DNA from: Deltaproteobacteria bacterium
GTDB taxonomy: Bacteria; Myxococcota_A; Polyangia; Polyangiales; Houyiibacteriaceae
Direction of reading: 5' to 3'
DNA length: 64,000 nucleotides
NCBI GenBank assembly: GCA_034670305.1
Contig: JAXMNT010000014.1
Span: forward strand, 1-64,000
Below, one piece after another: positions 36,845 through 45,503 of the stretch; within the stretch, counting starts at the first letter, position 1, and each line of letters begins with the position of its first letter. The position numbers and the translations under genes were made by a program. Below the pieces are notes generated by a model that saw only the letters and a list, made by a program, of their open reading frames with translations, was not told where the DNA came from and searched no databases.

Positions 36845-38272
36845 GTGGGAACGATTCTGATCAAGGGTGGCCGCGTCGTGACGGCGGTCGACGACTACTA
36901 CGCCGACGTCTTCATCGACGGCGAGCAGATCGCCGCCATCGGCAAAGACCTCTCCCACATGGGCGCGGACCAGGTCATCGACGCCAAGGACCGGCTGGTG
37001 CTGCCCGGCGGCATCGATCCCCACACCCACCTCGACATGCCCTTCGGCGGCACGACGAGCGCCGACGACTTCGAGAGCGGCACCATCGCCGCGGCCTTCG
37101 GCGGCACCACCACCGTCATCGACTTCGCGATCCAGAACAAAGGCGAGTCGACGATCAAGGGGCTCGACACCTGGCACGAGAAGGCCAGCGGCAAAGCCAC
37201 GATCGACTACGGCTTCCACATGATCATCACCGACATGCCGGACACCCGGCTCTCGGAGATGGGCAAACTCGCCGACGAAGGCGTCACCTCCTACAAGCTC
37301 TTCATGGCGTACCCCGGCGTGCTCTACGTCGACGACGGCACGCTCTACCGCGCCTTCCGCCAAGCCGGCGAGAACGACACCCGCATCTGCATGCACGCCG
37401 AGAACGGCATCGTCATCGACGAGATCGTCAAACACGCGGTGCTCGACGGAAAGACGGAACCGCGCTGGCACGCGAAGACCCGCCCGACCCGCATGGAAGC
37501 CGAAGGCGTGCACCGCGCGATCGCGATCGCCGAGGTCGCCGACGTGCCGCTCTACATCGTGCACCTGAGCTCCGCGGACGCACTCGACGAAGTGAAGCGC
37601 GGCCGCGCGCGCGGCGTCGACGTCATCGCCGAGACCTGCCCGCAGTACCTCTTCCTCGACGACACCTACTACGACCGCGTCGGTCCCGCCGGCTCGCCCC
37701 ACGACGGCAAGTTCGAAGGCGCCAAGTACGTCATGACGCCGGCGCTGCGCGAGAAGTGGAACCAGGACGTGCTCTGGCAGGGCCTGCAGTTCCGAGACCT
37801 CGAGACCATCGGCACCGACCACTGCCCCTTCTGTTTCAAGGAGCAGAAAGAGCTCGGCCTCGAGAGCTTCACCAAGATCCCGAACGGCGCCCCCGGCGTC
37901 GAGAACCGGATGTCGCTCGTCTACGACGGCGGCGTCGCCAAGGGCCGCATCTCGCTCAACCGCTTCGTCGAGCTCACCTCGACCGCGGCCGCGAAGGCGT
38001 TCGGCCTCTTCCCCCGCAAGGGCACCATCGCGGTCGGCTCCGACGCGGACATCGTGATCTTCGATCCCGAGCGCAAAGAGACCATCAGCGTGAACAACCC
38101 ACTCACGCACCACATGCGCGTCGACTACTCGACCTACGAAGGCTTCGAAGTCCAAGGCTTCACCGAGACCGTGCTCTCCCGCGGCCGCGTGATCGTCCGG
38201 AACCACAAGCTCGAGACGAAGGGCGGCGGCCAGTTCCTGAAGCGTGCGCATACCGGCGCGCTGCTCCGCTGA
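36845..38272 (+). CDS. hydA: Dihydropyrimidinase
   Basis: PGGIDPHTH, SYKLFMAY, HAENG, VHLS, ETCPQYL, TDHCPF and IPNG motifs. Confidence 0.96.
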   Translation: MGTILIKGGRVVTAVDDYYADVFIDGEQIAAIGKDLSHMGADQVIDAKDRLVLPGGIDPHTHLDMPFGGTTSADDFESGTIAAAFGGTTTVIDFAIQNKGESTIKGLDTWHEKASGKATIDYGFHMIITDMPDTRLSEMGKLADEGVTSYKLFMAYPGVLYVDDGTLYRAFRQAGENDTRICMHAENGIVIDEIVKHAVLDGKTEPRWHAKTRPTRMEAEGVHRAIAIAEVADVPLYIVHLSSADALDEVKRGRARGVDVIAETCPQYLFLDDTYYDRVGPAGSPHDGKFEGAKYVMTPALREKWNQDVLWQGLQFRDLETIGTDHCPFCFKEQKELGLESFTKIPNGAPGVENRMSLVYDGGVAKGRISLNRFVELTSTAAAKAFGLFPRKGTIAVGSDADIVIFDPERKETISVNNPLTHHMRVDYSTYEGFEVQGFTETVLSRGRVIVRNHKLETKGGGQFLKRAHTGALLR

Positions 38273-38291
38273 ACCCGAACGGGTTCAGCGG
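38266..38291. terminator. Perfect 12-bp hairpin overlapping the hydA stop codon (terminator/stabiliser-like, no U-tract)
   Basis: CCGCTGAACCCG-AA-CGGGTTCAGCGG. Confidence 0.45.
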
Positions 38292-38418
38292 CCCTTGCCC
38301 CTGCCCTTGCCCCTGCCCTTGCCCTCGGTTCGGTAGCCGCTTCCGCTGACGAAAGCCGAAACCGAAGCCGAAGCCGAAACCGAAGCGGAAGCCGAAGCCG
38401 AAGCCGAAGCCGAAGCCG
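38292..38418. repeat. Compound hexamer tract (CCTTGC)n-CGGTTC...(GAAGCC)n, the reverse orientation of 31857-32035
   Basis: Junction reverse complement GAACCGAGGGCAAGGG versus GAACCAAGGGCAAGGG at 31996. Confidence 0.93.
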
Positions 38419-38541
38419 ACCCCAAAGCCGACCCCGCCGTCCTGACGCCGTGTCCCAACTGCACGCAACGCGTGGACGAACTGACACCGGCAGCGATCCC
38501 CGCCGGCGCCAGTTCTCACCACGCCGCCGCGCGACGCCTGT

Positions 38542-38556
38542 TGGCACCGGACTTGC
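38542..38556 (+). promoter_or_regulatory. Sigma-54 (-24/-12) promoter
   Basis: TGGCACCGGACTTGC matches TGGCAC-N5-TTGC exactly, 13 nt upstream of ATG 38570. Confidence 0.7.
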
Positions 38557-38569
38557 GATGGGCTGCGGC

Positions 38570-40099
38570 ATGGAAGCTCCGTTCGTTCAGCCCACCGCGC
38601 CCCTCGAACCCAGCGCACCCGACCACGAGGTCGCGCACGCCGCGCCAACCGACCACGCCGCGCCAACCGACCAGACGGCACCGCCCGATCGCTCGGCCAA
38701 ACGCGCGACCCCACAACCGGCCGCCGCAACGCGCGGTCGCACCGAAGCGCGCACCTGGGCGCAACTCCGGCATCGGTGGTTCGTCGAGTACGACCCGCTC
38801 CCGCTGATCTCCGCTGCGATGGTGCTCGGCGGGTTGTGGATCGCGTCGCGCGCGATCGCGGAGCACCCCGGCGACCTCGGTCTCTTCGGTTCCATCGGTG
38901 TCGGTTTGATCGCGGAGCTCTACGGGTTCGCGCTCGTCGCAGGCGCGGCGCTTTTGTGGCGTCGCAACCGAGGTCCGCACATGCGGCGCTCGGCGGTGAT
39001 CCTCGGGCTGCTCGCGGTCGTGTACGAACTCGATCCGATGTTCACCCTCGAGACCAACGTCTACCGCGGCACGATCGGCGCCGTGGCCAGCGGCGCCTGG
39101 TGGGTCCTCTTCGCCGCCAAACTCTCGCTGCTCTGTCGCGCGCTCCGAGTCCGGCTGCCGCGCAACGCCATGTGGCTGCTCTGGGGCGGCGCCGCTTGCG
39201 TGGCGCTGGTCCCGTTCCTCCTTCGCGCGCTCCCGGACGCGACCACCCGCGGCAGGCTGCTCGTCTGGGTCGTCGGCGGCCTGCTGCTCGGCGGGCGCTT
39301 CGTGAACCGGCGCCTCCAATCGCGGGCCTCGTTCGACCTGCGGGGCCGCCGCGCGGTGCTCGGGTGTTGGCTCATGTTCGGCGCGGCGCTCTTGGCGCAC
39401 GCGTGCTTCTGGGTCGCTCAGTTCCGGGTCGACGCGACCCCGCTGCTCGCGCTCGTTCCACTGCTCGCGATGACGTCCGTGCGCACCGAAGCCGGCTACT
39501 GGCCGACGTTGGTCGCCGCGGTCGCGATCGCTGCACTACTCGGCGCATTCGAACCGGCGGTCACGCTCGCTTCGGTCGCGACCTTCCTGATGGCCTGGCA
39601 GCGCCGGCTCGGCTCCTTCGAGCCGGAGGGCAACCCGTCTTCGCCCTACCGCGACCCGGGCTCGATGCGTGCGGTCTTCGTCGTCTCCCGCACCGCCCAC
39701 GGCCGCCTCTACTCGGCGTCCGCGTTGCTCGCGTACCTCGGCAGCGTGACCTCGTTCGGAACCACTTCGTACGCCACCGCCGCGGTGCTGTGCGCGCTCT
39801 TCGGCCTCACCGTCGCGCTCGTCCTGCTCGCCCGCGCCAAAAGCAACGCCTGGCTGGCCGCACCGCTGGCCCCCGTGTACCTGCACCTGCTGGTGGCAGT
39901 CGACGTGCTGCGACTCCCGGCAACTTCGCTGGAGTGGGGCGGCTTCGTCGTCGCCTCCGGCTTCGCGATGCTGGCCGCTTCGGTCGGCTTCCGATGGCGC
40001 TCCGAAGGCCATTCGGAGAGACAGGCCGTGCCGCCCCCCGACCCTCCACCGTTCCGTCGACCTAGGCCGCCAGTCTCGCAAACCGAGCCAGGCCCGTGA
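38570..40099 (+). CDS. Polytopic membrane protein of unknown function
   Basis: More than 12 hydrophobic segments; start supported by the sigma-54 site. Confidence 0.75.
   Translation: MEAPFVQPTAPLEPSAPDHEVAHAAPTDHAAPTDQTAPPDRSAKRATPQPAAATRGRTEARTWAQLRHRWFVEYDPLPLISAAMVLGGLWIASRAIAEHPGDLGLFGSIGVGLIAELYGFALVAGAALLWRRNRGPHMRRSAVILGLLAVVYELDPMFTLETNVYRGTIGAVASGAWWVLFAAKLSLLCRALRVRLPRNAMWLLWGGAACVALVPFLLRALPDATTRGRLLVWVVGGLLLGGRFVNRRLQSRASFDLRGRRAVLGCWLMFGAALLAHACFWVAQFRVDATPLLALVPLLAMTSVRTEAGYWPTLVAAVAIAALLGAFEPAVTLASVATFLMAWQRRLGSFEPEGNPSSPYRDPGSMRAVFVVSRTAHGRLYSASALLAYLGSVTSFGTTSYATAAVLCALFGLTVALVLLARAKSNAWLAAPLAPVYLHLLVAVDVLRLPATSLEWGGFVVASGFAMLAASVGFRWRSEGHSERQAVPPPDPPPFRRPRPPVSQTEPGP
40063..40094. 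repeat. REP-like hairpin repeat, copy 3 (within the 3' end of the membrane protein ORF)
   Basis: TAGGCCGCCAGTCTCGCAAACCGAGCCAGGCC. Confidence 0.7.
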
Positions 40100-40152
40100 T
40101 GGCAGCAAACACCGTCGACGGGCCGCCGGGTTTGAGGCATCGTTGCCGCCTC

Positions 40153-41448
40153 ATGAACAGCGACGACGTCCGCAAGAAGCACAAAGAGTTTCTCTTCCCC
40201 TCCGTGGCCAACTTCTACGAAGAGTCGGTCGTGCTCTCGGAAGGGAGCGGGACCCGCCTGAAGGATCTCGACGGCAACGAGTACCTCGACTTCTTCGGCG
40301 GCATCCTCACGGTCTCGGTCGGGCACTGCAACCCGAAGGTGAACGACGCGGTCATCGCGCAGATGCAGCGCCTCGGACACGTCTCGACGCTCTACCCGAC
40401 GATCCCCATCGTCGAGCTCGCCGAGAAACTCGCGCGCATCACGCCCGGTCAGCTCCAGAAGTCGTTCTTCACCGCGAGCGGCACCGAAGCGGACGAGACC
40501 GCGGTGATGATGGCGCAGGTCGCGACCGGCAACACCGAGCTCGTCACGCTCCGCCACGGCTACTCCGGCCGCAGCGCGCTCGCCCAGGCGATGACCGCGC
40601 ACTCCGGCTACCGCGCGCTGCCCACCCAGATCGCCGCGATCAAACAAGCGCCCTCCCCCTACTGCTACCGCTGCCCCTTCAAGCTCGAGTACCCGAGCTG
40701 CGGCGTCGCGTGCGCCAAGGACATCGAAGAGCTCATCCAGACCACCACGGTCGGCCGCGTCGCCGGCATGCTCGCCGAACCGATCCAAGGCGTCGGCGGC
40801 TTCATCACGCCGCCGAAGGAGTACTTCGAGATCGCGGCCGAGATCGTGCGCCGCTACGGCGGCGTCTTCATCAGCGACGAAGTCCAGACCGGCTTCGGCC
40901 GCACCGGCACCATGTGGGGCATCGAGCAGTACGGCGTCGAGCCGGACATGATGACGATGGCCAAGGGCATCGCGAACGGCCTGCCGCTCGCGGCCTGCAT
41001 CGCGACCCCGATGATCGCCGACTCGTTCACCAAGGGCACCATCAGCACCTTCGGCGGCAACCCGCTCAGCACCGCCGCCGCCAACGCCGTCATCGACATC
41101 ATCGAAGAGGACGACCTCCTCCAGAACGCGGCCGACCGCGGCGTGGAACTCAACGCCGGCCTCAAGAAGCTCCAAGCCGCACACCCGAAGCTCATCGGCG
41201 ACGTCCGCGGCAAGGGGCTGATGCAAGCGATCGAGCTCGTCGTCGACGAGACCACCAAAGACCGCACCCCGAACCCCAAGGCCCAAGCGCGGCTGCTCGA
41301 AGAGACCAAGAAGCGCGGCCTCTTGATCGGCAAGGGCGGCCTCCACGGCAACGTCTGCCGCATCAGCCCCGCGTTGAACATCACCGCGGACGAGATCACC
41401 GAAGCGATGGGCATCCTCGAGGAAAGCTTCGCCGCGATGAAGGCGTAG
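40153..41448 (+). CDS. Class-III aminotransferase (beta-alanine/AGXT2-like)
   Basis: YLDFFGGI, SGTEADE, EPIQGVGG, DEVQTGFGRTG, MAKGIANG and STFGGNP. Confidence 0.93.
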   Translation: MNSDDVRKKHKEFLFPSVANFYEESVVLSEGSGTRLKDLDGNEYLDFFGGILTVSVGHCNPKVNDAVIAQMQRLGHVSTLYPTIPIVELAEKLARITPGQLQKSFFTASGTEADETAVMMAQVATGNTELVTLRHGYSGRSALAQAMTAHSGYRALPTQIAAIKQAPSPYCYRCPFKLEYPSCGVACAKDIEELIQTTTVGRVAGMLAEPIQGVGGFITPPKEYFEIAAEIVRRYGGVFISDEVQTGFGRTGTMWGIEQYGVEPDMMTMAKGIANGLPLAACIATPMIADSFTKGTISTFGGNPLSTAAANAVIDIIEEDDLLQNAADRGVELNAGLKKLQAAHPKLIGDVRGKGLMQAIELVVDETTKDRTPNPKAQARLLEETKKRGLLIGKGGLHGNVCRISPALNITADEITEAMGILEESFAAMKA

Positions 41449-41460
41449 CCGCCCGGGGCG

Positions 41461-41821
41461 GCTCCCTTGCCAGCGCCAAAGGCGCGATGCCCTTGCCCCT
41501 GCCCTTGCCCGCGTTGCGGTTCTGCGGTTCCGGAGACCAGAGCTTCTGGCGTCCCAAGAGTGTCACCTATGTCCCCGGTTCAGACCCAACCGCGGGCAAG
41601 GGCAAGGGCAAGGGTCGGCACGGGTCCGGCTCTGCGGTCCTGCAGCTCTGCGGTCCTGCAGCTCTGCGGTCCTGCAGCTCCCTTGCCAGCGCCAAAGGCG
41701 CGATGCCCTTGCCCCTGCCCTTGCCCGCGGTGCGGTCCTGCGGTCCTGCGGTCCTGCGGTCCTGCAGCTCTGCGGTCCAGCTCTGCGGTCTGCGGTCCTG
41801 CAGCTCCCCGGGTTCGAGAAG
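41461..41821. repeat. Complex repeat region: duplicated 53-bp unit, hexamer arms and octamer (GCGGTCCT/GCAGCTCT)n arrays
   Basis: GCTCCCTTGCCAGCGCCAAAGGCGCGATGCCCTTGCCCCTGCCCTTGCCCGCG at 41461 and 41677; right arm CGCGGGCAAGGG at 41591; octamer arrays at ~41630-41680 and ~41730-41805. Confidence 0.9.
41561..41586 (+). mobile_element. Solitary IS481-family-like terminal sequence
   Basis: TGTCACCTATGTCCCCGGTTCAGACC resembles the TGTYACCYATGTCCCCGG motif I associate with IS481-family ends; no transposase present. Confidence 0.5.
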
Positions 41822-41834
41822 TACCGGTTCGTCA

Positions 41835-42473
41835 TCAGAACGTGGTGAGTGCCCTCGTCCGGGCGGCCTTCACCGCCCAGCGCCCGAGCAGCTCCGCGGG
41901 GACCAGGCCGGCCGGCAGGAGCATGACCATGGACTTCCACGTACCGGTGACGAGGACGAAGTACGCGACGGCGCCAACCGCCAGCACCGCGAAGAAGGCG
42001 CCCTTGAAGCCGGCTTCGCCCAACGCCGACTTGCCGATGCTGGCCGGTGTGGCGACGGATCCCCATGCGCTGAGCCGGCCCATGAGTTCGTCGAAACCCT
42101 CCGTGATCCTCGGCACGATGATCTGCGTACCGCGGCCGTACGCGGCGAACGCGCTGCGGTTCTGCATCATCGTGCGCACGTGCCGTTGGTCGAGGCTCGC
42201 GTGTTTCCGCCCGCCGACGAACCTGGTCAGCAGCTGCCCTTCGAGCGTGAAGTGTTCGGAGGCGGGGTGCTTGAGTTCCCGAAGCGCACGCCAGGTGCTG
42301 TAGCCGGAGGCGAGCGCGGTCACGCCGCAGACGACGACGAGCAAGACCAGCTCCTGGCGCCAGCTGATCAACGAGGCGGCGAGCAGGGGCGTGCTCGCGC
42401 CGAACGTGCGCACGCTCGACATCATCGCCGCGGCGCGGTGCGCGACCAGCGGCTCTCCTTCGGCGCGGTACAT
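41835..42473 (-). CDS. Hypothetical membrane protein
   Basis: About 4 hydrophobic segments; flanked by inverted copies of a 27-bp and a 13-bp repeat. Confidence 0.6.
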   Translation of the reverse strand: MYRAEGEPLVAHRAAAMMSSVRTFGASTPLLAASLISWRQELVLLVVVCGVTALASGYSTWRALRELKHPASEHFTLEGQLLTRFVGGRKHASLDQRHVRTMMQNRSAFAAYGRGTQIIVPRITEGFDELMGRLSAWGSVATPASIGKSALGEAGFKGAFFAVLAVGAVAYFVLVTGTWKSMVMLLPAGLVPAELLGRWAVKAARTRALTTF

Positions 42474-42514
42474 GGGCGCCAGTGTGGGTCGTGGAGTGTT
42501 CGACGTCACCCCGC

Positions 42515-42568
42515 GGGCATCGCGCCTTTGGCGCTGGCAAGTCTTCTCGAACCCGCTTCTCGAACCCG
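42515..42568. repeat. Inverted copy of the 27-bp repeat plus two CTTCTCGAACCCG units
   Basis: GGGCATCGCGCCTTTGGCGCTGGCAAG (42515-42541) is the reverse complement of 41466-41492; CTTCTCGAACCCG is the reverse complement of 41809-41821. Confidence 0.9.
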
Positions 42569-42607
42569 TGCTTCTCGATCGCGGCCTCGTGTCGTAGCCT
42601 CTCGCCG

Positions 42608-43933
42608 ATGGGCAAACCTGTTTGGACGCTGCCGGACGACCGGCTCGAAGCGAAGCTCGGCGAGAAGAAGCCGCTCTACACGAAACACGAGGCCTTCACG
42701 GAAGCCAGCCGGTGCATCTACTGCTCCGACGCGCCGTGTGTGCAGGCGTGCCCGACCGGCATCGACATCCCGGAGTTCATCCGGAAGATCGCCACGGACA
42801 ACGTGAAGGGCTCCGCCCGCACCATCCTGGCCGACAACCTCCTCGGCTACTCCTGCGCCCGCGTCTGCCCGGTCGAAGTGCTGTGCGCCGGCGCCTGCGT
42901 CTACAACGACTGGGAGCGCCCGCCGATCGCCATCGGCCGCCTGCAGCGCTACGCGACCGAGAACGCGCTCTCCAAAGATCCGGATCTCATCGCCCGCACC
43001 CGCGCGGCAGCGACCGGCAAACGCATCGCGTGCATCGGCGGCGGCCCCGCGTCCTTGGCCGCGGCCGGCCACCTCGCGCTCGACGGACACTCGGTCGTGA
43101 TCTTCGAACAGAAGAAGGTCCCCGGCGGCCTCAACACCCTCGGCATCGCGCCCTACAAACTCCAGGGCACCGACGCGCTCCGCGAGATCGACTTCATCCT
43201 CAACCTCGGCGACATCGAGCTCCGCACCGGCGTGACGGTGGTCAGCGGCGAAGCCGGCGAAGGCCAAGTCTCGACCGCCTCGCTCCTCGCCGACTTCGAC
43301 GCCGTGTTCATCGGCATCGGCCTCGGCCCCGACAACCAGCTCGGCGTGCCCGGCGAAGACGGCGAAGGCGTCGTCGGCGCCGTCCACTACATCGAGCGCA
43401 TCAAGAGTGACGCCTCCTTGTCGCTGGACGACATCGAGACCGCCATCATCGTCGGCGCCGGCAACACCGCCATCGACGTCGCCCGAGAGCTCGCCCTGCT
43501 CGGCGTGAAGAACGTCTCGATGGTCTACCGCAAGAGCGAGAAAGAGATGTCCGGCTACGTCCACGAGATGTACGGAGCCCGCACCGAAGACGTCCGCCTC
43601 GTCGAGTACCGCCAGCCGGTGGCTGTGGAACGCGACGGGTCAGGCAAAGTCACCGGCCTGCGGGTGTCGAAGACCAACGGCGAAGGCGAAGAAGTTTTGG
43701 CCTGCGATCTGATCGCGATCGCGATCGGGCAGGCGCGACTGACCAAGCTGGCCGAGGCGTTCGAGGGCGTGAAGCTCGACGCCAAGGGCCGTGTGGTCGT
43801 GGACCCCGCGACGAGCCGCACCGGGCACGCGAAGGTGTACGCGGGCGGCGACTGCGTGAACGGCGGGGCCGAAGTGGTGAACGCCGCGCAGCACGGCAAG
43901 CTGGCGGCGCGGGCGATCAGCTCTTCGTTCTGA
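42608..43933 (+). CDS. preT: NAD-dependent dihydropyrimidine dehydrogenase subunit PreT (GltD-like)
   Basis: EASRCIYCSDAPCVQACPTGIDIP, CARVCPVEVLC.GAC, IGGGPAS, VGAGNTAID and AGGDCVNG. Confidence 0.9.
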   Translation: MGKPVWTLPDDRLEAKLGEKKPLYTKHEAFTEASRCIYCSDAPCVQACPTGIDIPEFIRKIATDNVKGSARTILADNLLGYSCARVCPVEVLCAGACVYNDWERPPIAIGRLQRYATENALSKDPDLIARTRAAATGKRIACIGGGPASLAAAGHLALDGHSVVIFEQKKVPGGLNTLGIAPYKLQGTDALREIDFILNLGDIELRTGVTVVSGEAGEGQVSTASLLADFDAVFIGIGLGPDNQLGVPGEDGEGVVGAVHYIERIKSDASLSLDDIETAIIVGAGNTAIDVARELALLGVKNVSMVYRKSEKEMSGYVHEMYGARTEDVRLVEYRQPVAVERDGSGKVTGLRVSKTNGEGEEVLACDLIAIAIGQARLTKLAEAFEGVKLDAKGRVVVDPATSRTGHAKVYAGGDCVNGGAEVVNAAQHGKLAARAISSSF

Positions 43934-43979
43934 GCGATCCCTGAACCCCGTGCTCCTGGCCGGGGTGAAGCCAGTCGTG

Positions 43980-44193
43980 ATTGGCAACAAGCACGCGTCG
44001 CGAACTCGGAGGAACGGTAGAGCTTGGGTCGTCCGGTCCAGTTCAGATCGTCTGTCCAGACCGAGACGAACGTCTGAAGGCCGGCGCCGGACTGGCGCCT
44101 GCACATGCTGCAGTAGCAATGCGTGACGTCCGTGATCTCGCCATCGAGGGTGAACGTGATGTCGTCGCAAAGGCATCCACCGTGCAGGACCAT
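43980..44193 (-). pseudogene. Truncated GFA (Mss4-like) family protein
   Basis: HGGCLC...HCYCSMCRR...YRSSEFATR; similarity stops where the expected F-C-x-x-C-G motif should follow, and the frame runs antisense into preT. Confidence 0.65.
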
Positions 44194-44465
44194 GACGAGA
44201 GAATGACGCACCCCAGACGGTGCCGCGACCGTTCGAGTTGGATGGAACCCGTGTGATCTCCGACAGGCGAATCATCGTACGTGTGCTGGCGCACGAGAAC
44301 TCCGACAGGTGGATCGCTGCTGACGCATCCATGTGGGTGGTCACTTCGTCGCGTGTGCGCCCTTTTCACCGATGTGGGACCGCCCACGATCTCAGCGGCC
44401 TGCCGTGGTCGGCCCGCGGCGCCTGTCCTCTGGGTGCGATGGAGACGGAACCCCCTCGGCTTTGT

Positions 44466-44948
44466 TCACGCCGGTTGCCCCTTCAGGAACCCGAGAACGG
44501 CGCTTCCGAGCGTCTTGGGGTCGGCGCGGAGCGGGATGCGGATGGTGTCGCCCGGTTGCTCGCAGCCGCGGTGTGGTGAGAGCGCCGTGCGGACGAGCCG
44601 GCGACTCTTCGTTCCAGGGCGATGGACAAGCTCGGCGATCGCGAACTGGGCGTGGGCGGCGGCAGGGCCGCGCAACAGCGCGGGGAACGAATCAAGGCAC
44701 GGCGGAACCGACACCGAGTTCTCACGTCCGGCGCGTGCATCTGCGGCGACCTGCGCGACGTCGTGTCCGAGGGCGAACGCGAGGTGCTGCTCGAGCGCGT
44801 GTCCAAGGGTCCCGGCGTCGTCGCTGTCGAGCGCGCTGCCGCAGACGCAGGCCGCGCGTCCGGCGGCGAAGACGACATGAGCCAGCAGGACGACACGAGA
44901 ATCGCTGCGCCGCCAATGCACGCGCACGTACACGTCATGCTTCTTCAC
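44466..44948 (-). CDS. Hypothetical protein, possibly CdiI-like immunity protein
   Basis: About 160 aa from GTG 44948 with two 'LG.A(L/V)' helices (DAGTLGHALEQ; IRIPLRADPKTLGSAVLGFL); weak resemblance only. Confidence 0.4.
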   Translation of the reverse strand: MKKHDVYVRVHWRRSDSRVVLLAHVVFAAGRAACVCGSALDSDDAGTLGHALEQHLAFALGHDVAQVAADARAGRENSVSVPPCLDSFPALLRGPAAAHAQFAIAELVHRPGTKSRRLVRTALSPHRGCEQPGDTIRIPLRADPKTLGSAVLGFLKGQPA

Positions 44949-44977
44949 ATGACGAGCATAGCTGAGCACCCGTGCTT

Positions 44978-45390
44978 CTCTGCGAAGGAACTCCTCCACA
45001 CGCACCTGAACTCCCCTGAACTCTCGAAGTTGAACGGAACAAGCCAGGAGTCCGCGAGGACCGACCACCAAGCAGGAGAGCCCCGCCCACGAGAACTCCA
45101 ACAGGCGGATGGTCCTGTGCTGGAGGCGGCTGAAACGGCGCATGCGTGATCACTCCTGCGGTCTCCGCGTCTTGGGAACGCGCCTCCTCTCGCGCGTCCA
45201 TCGCGGCGCAAGGAGTTCGGGGGAGTGTGGGGGAGGAACACAGAGAGTCGGAGAGCGACCGAGGATCACTTGCGCCCACCGAGTTCGAGCGGCTCCACGT
45301 CGCTGCCGGTGAACGAGACGACGCCGGTCTCTGCGACGGAACTCCCCCACACTCATCGGAACTCTTCTGAACTCTCCCAAAACTGAACGG
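44978..45390. repeat. Three related ~35-60 bp units with 10-nt GAACTC periodicity (two direct, one inverted)
   Basis: 44978-45037 and 45329-45390 are direct copies; 45212-45246 is an inverted partial copy. Confidence 0.75.
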
Positions 45391-45503
45391 GCGCCGACGG
45401 GTGACGAAGCAACCGCAGGCGAGACCACGCCCAAGGCTACGGCACAGAAGCCTTCGGCGGGCTTACATGAACACCCTCATCGACACCGCCAACTGTCGGC
45501 GCT

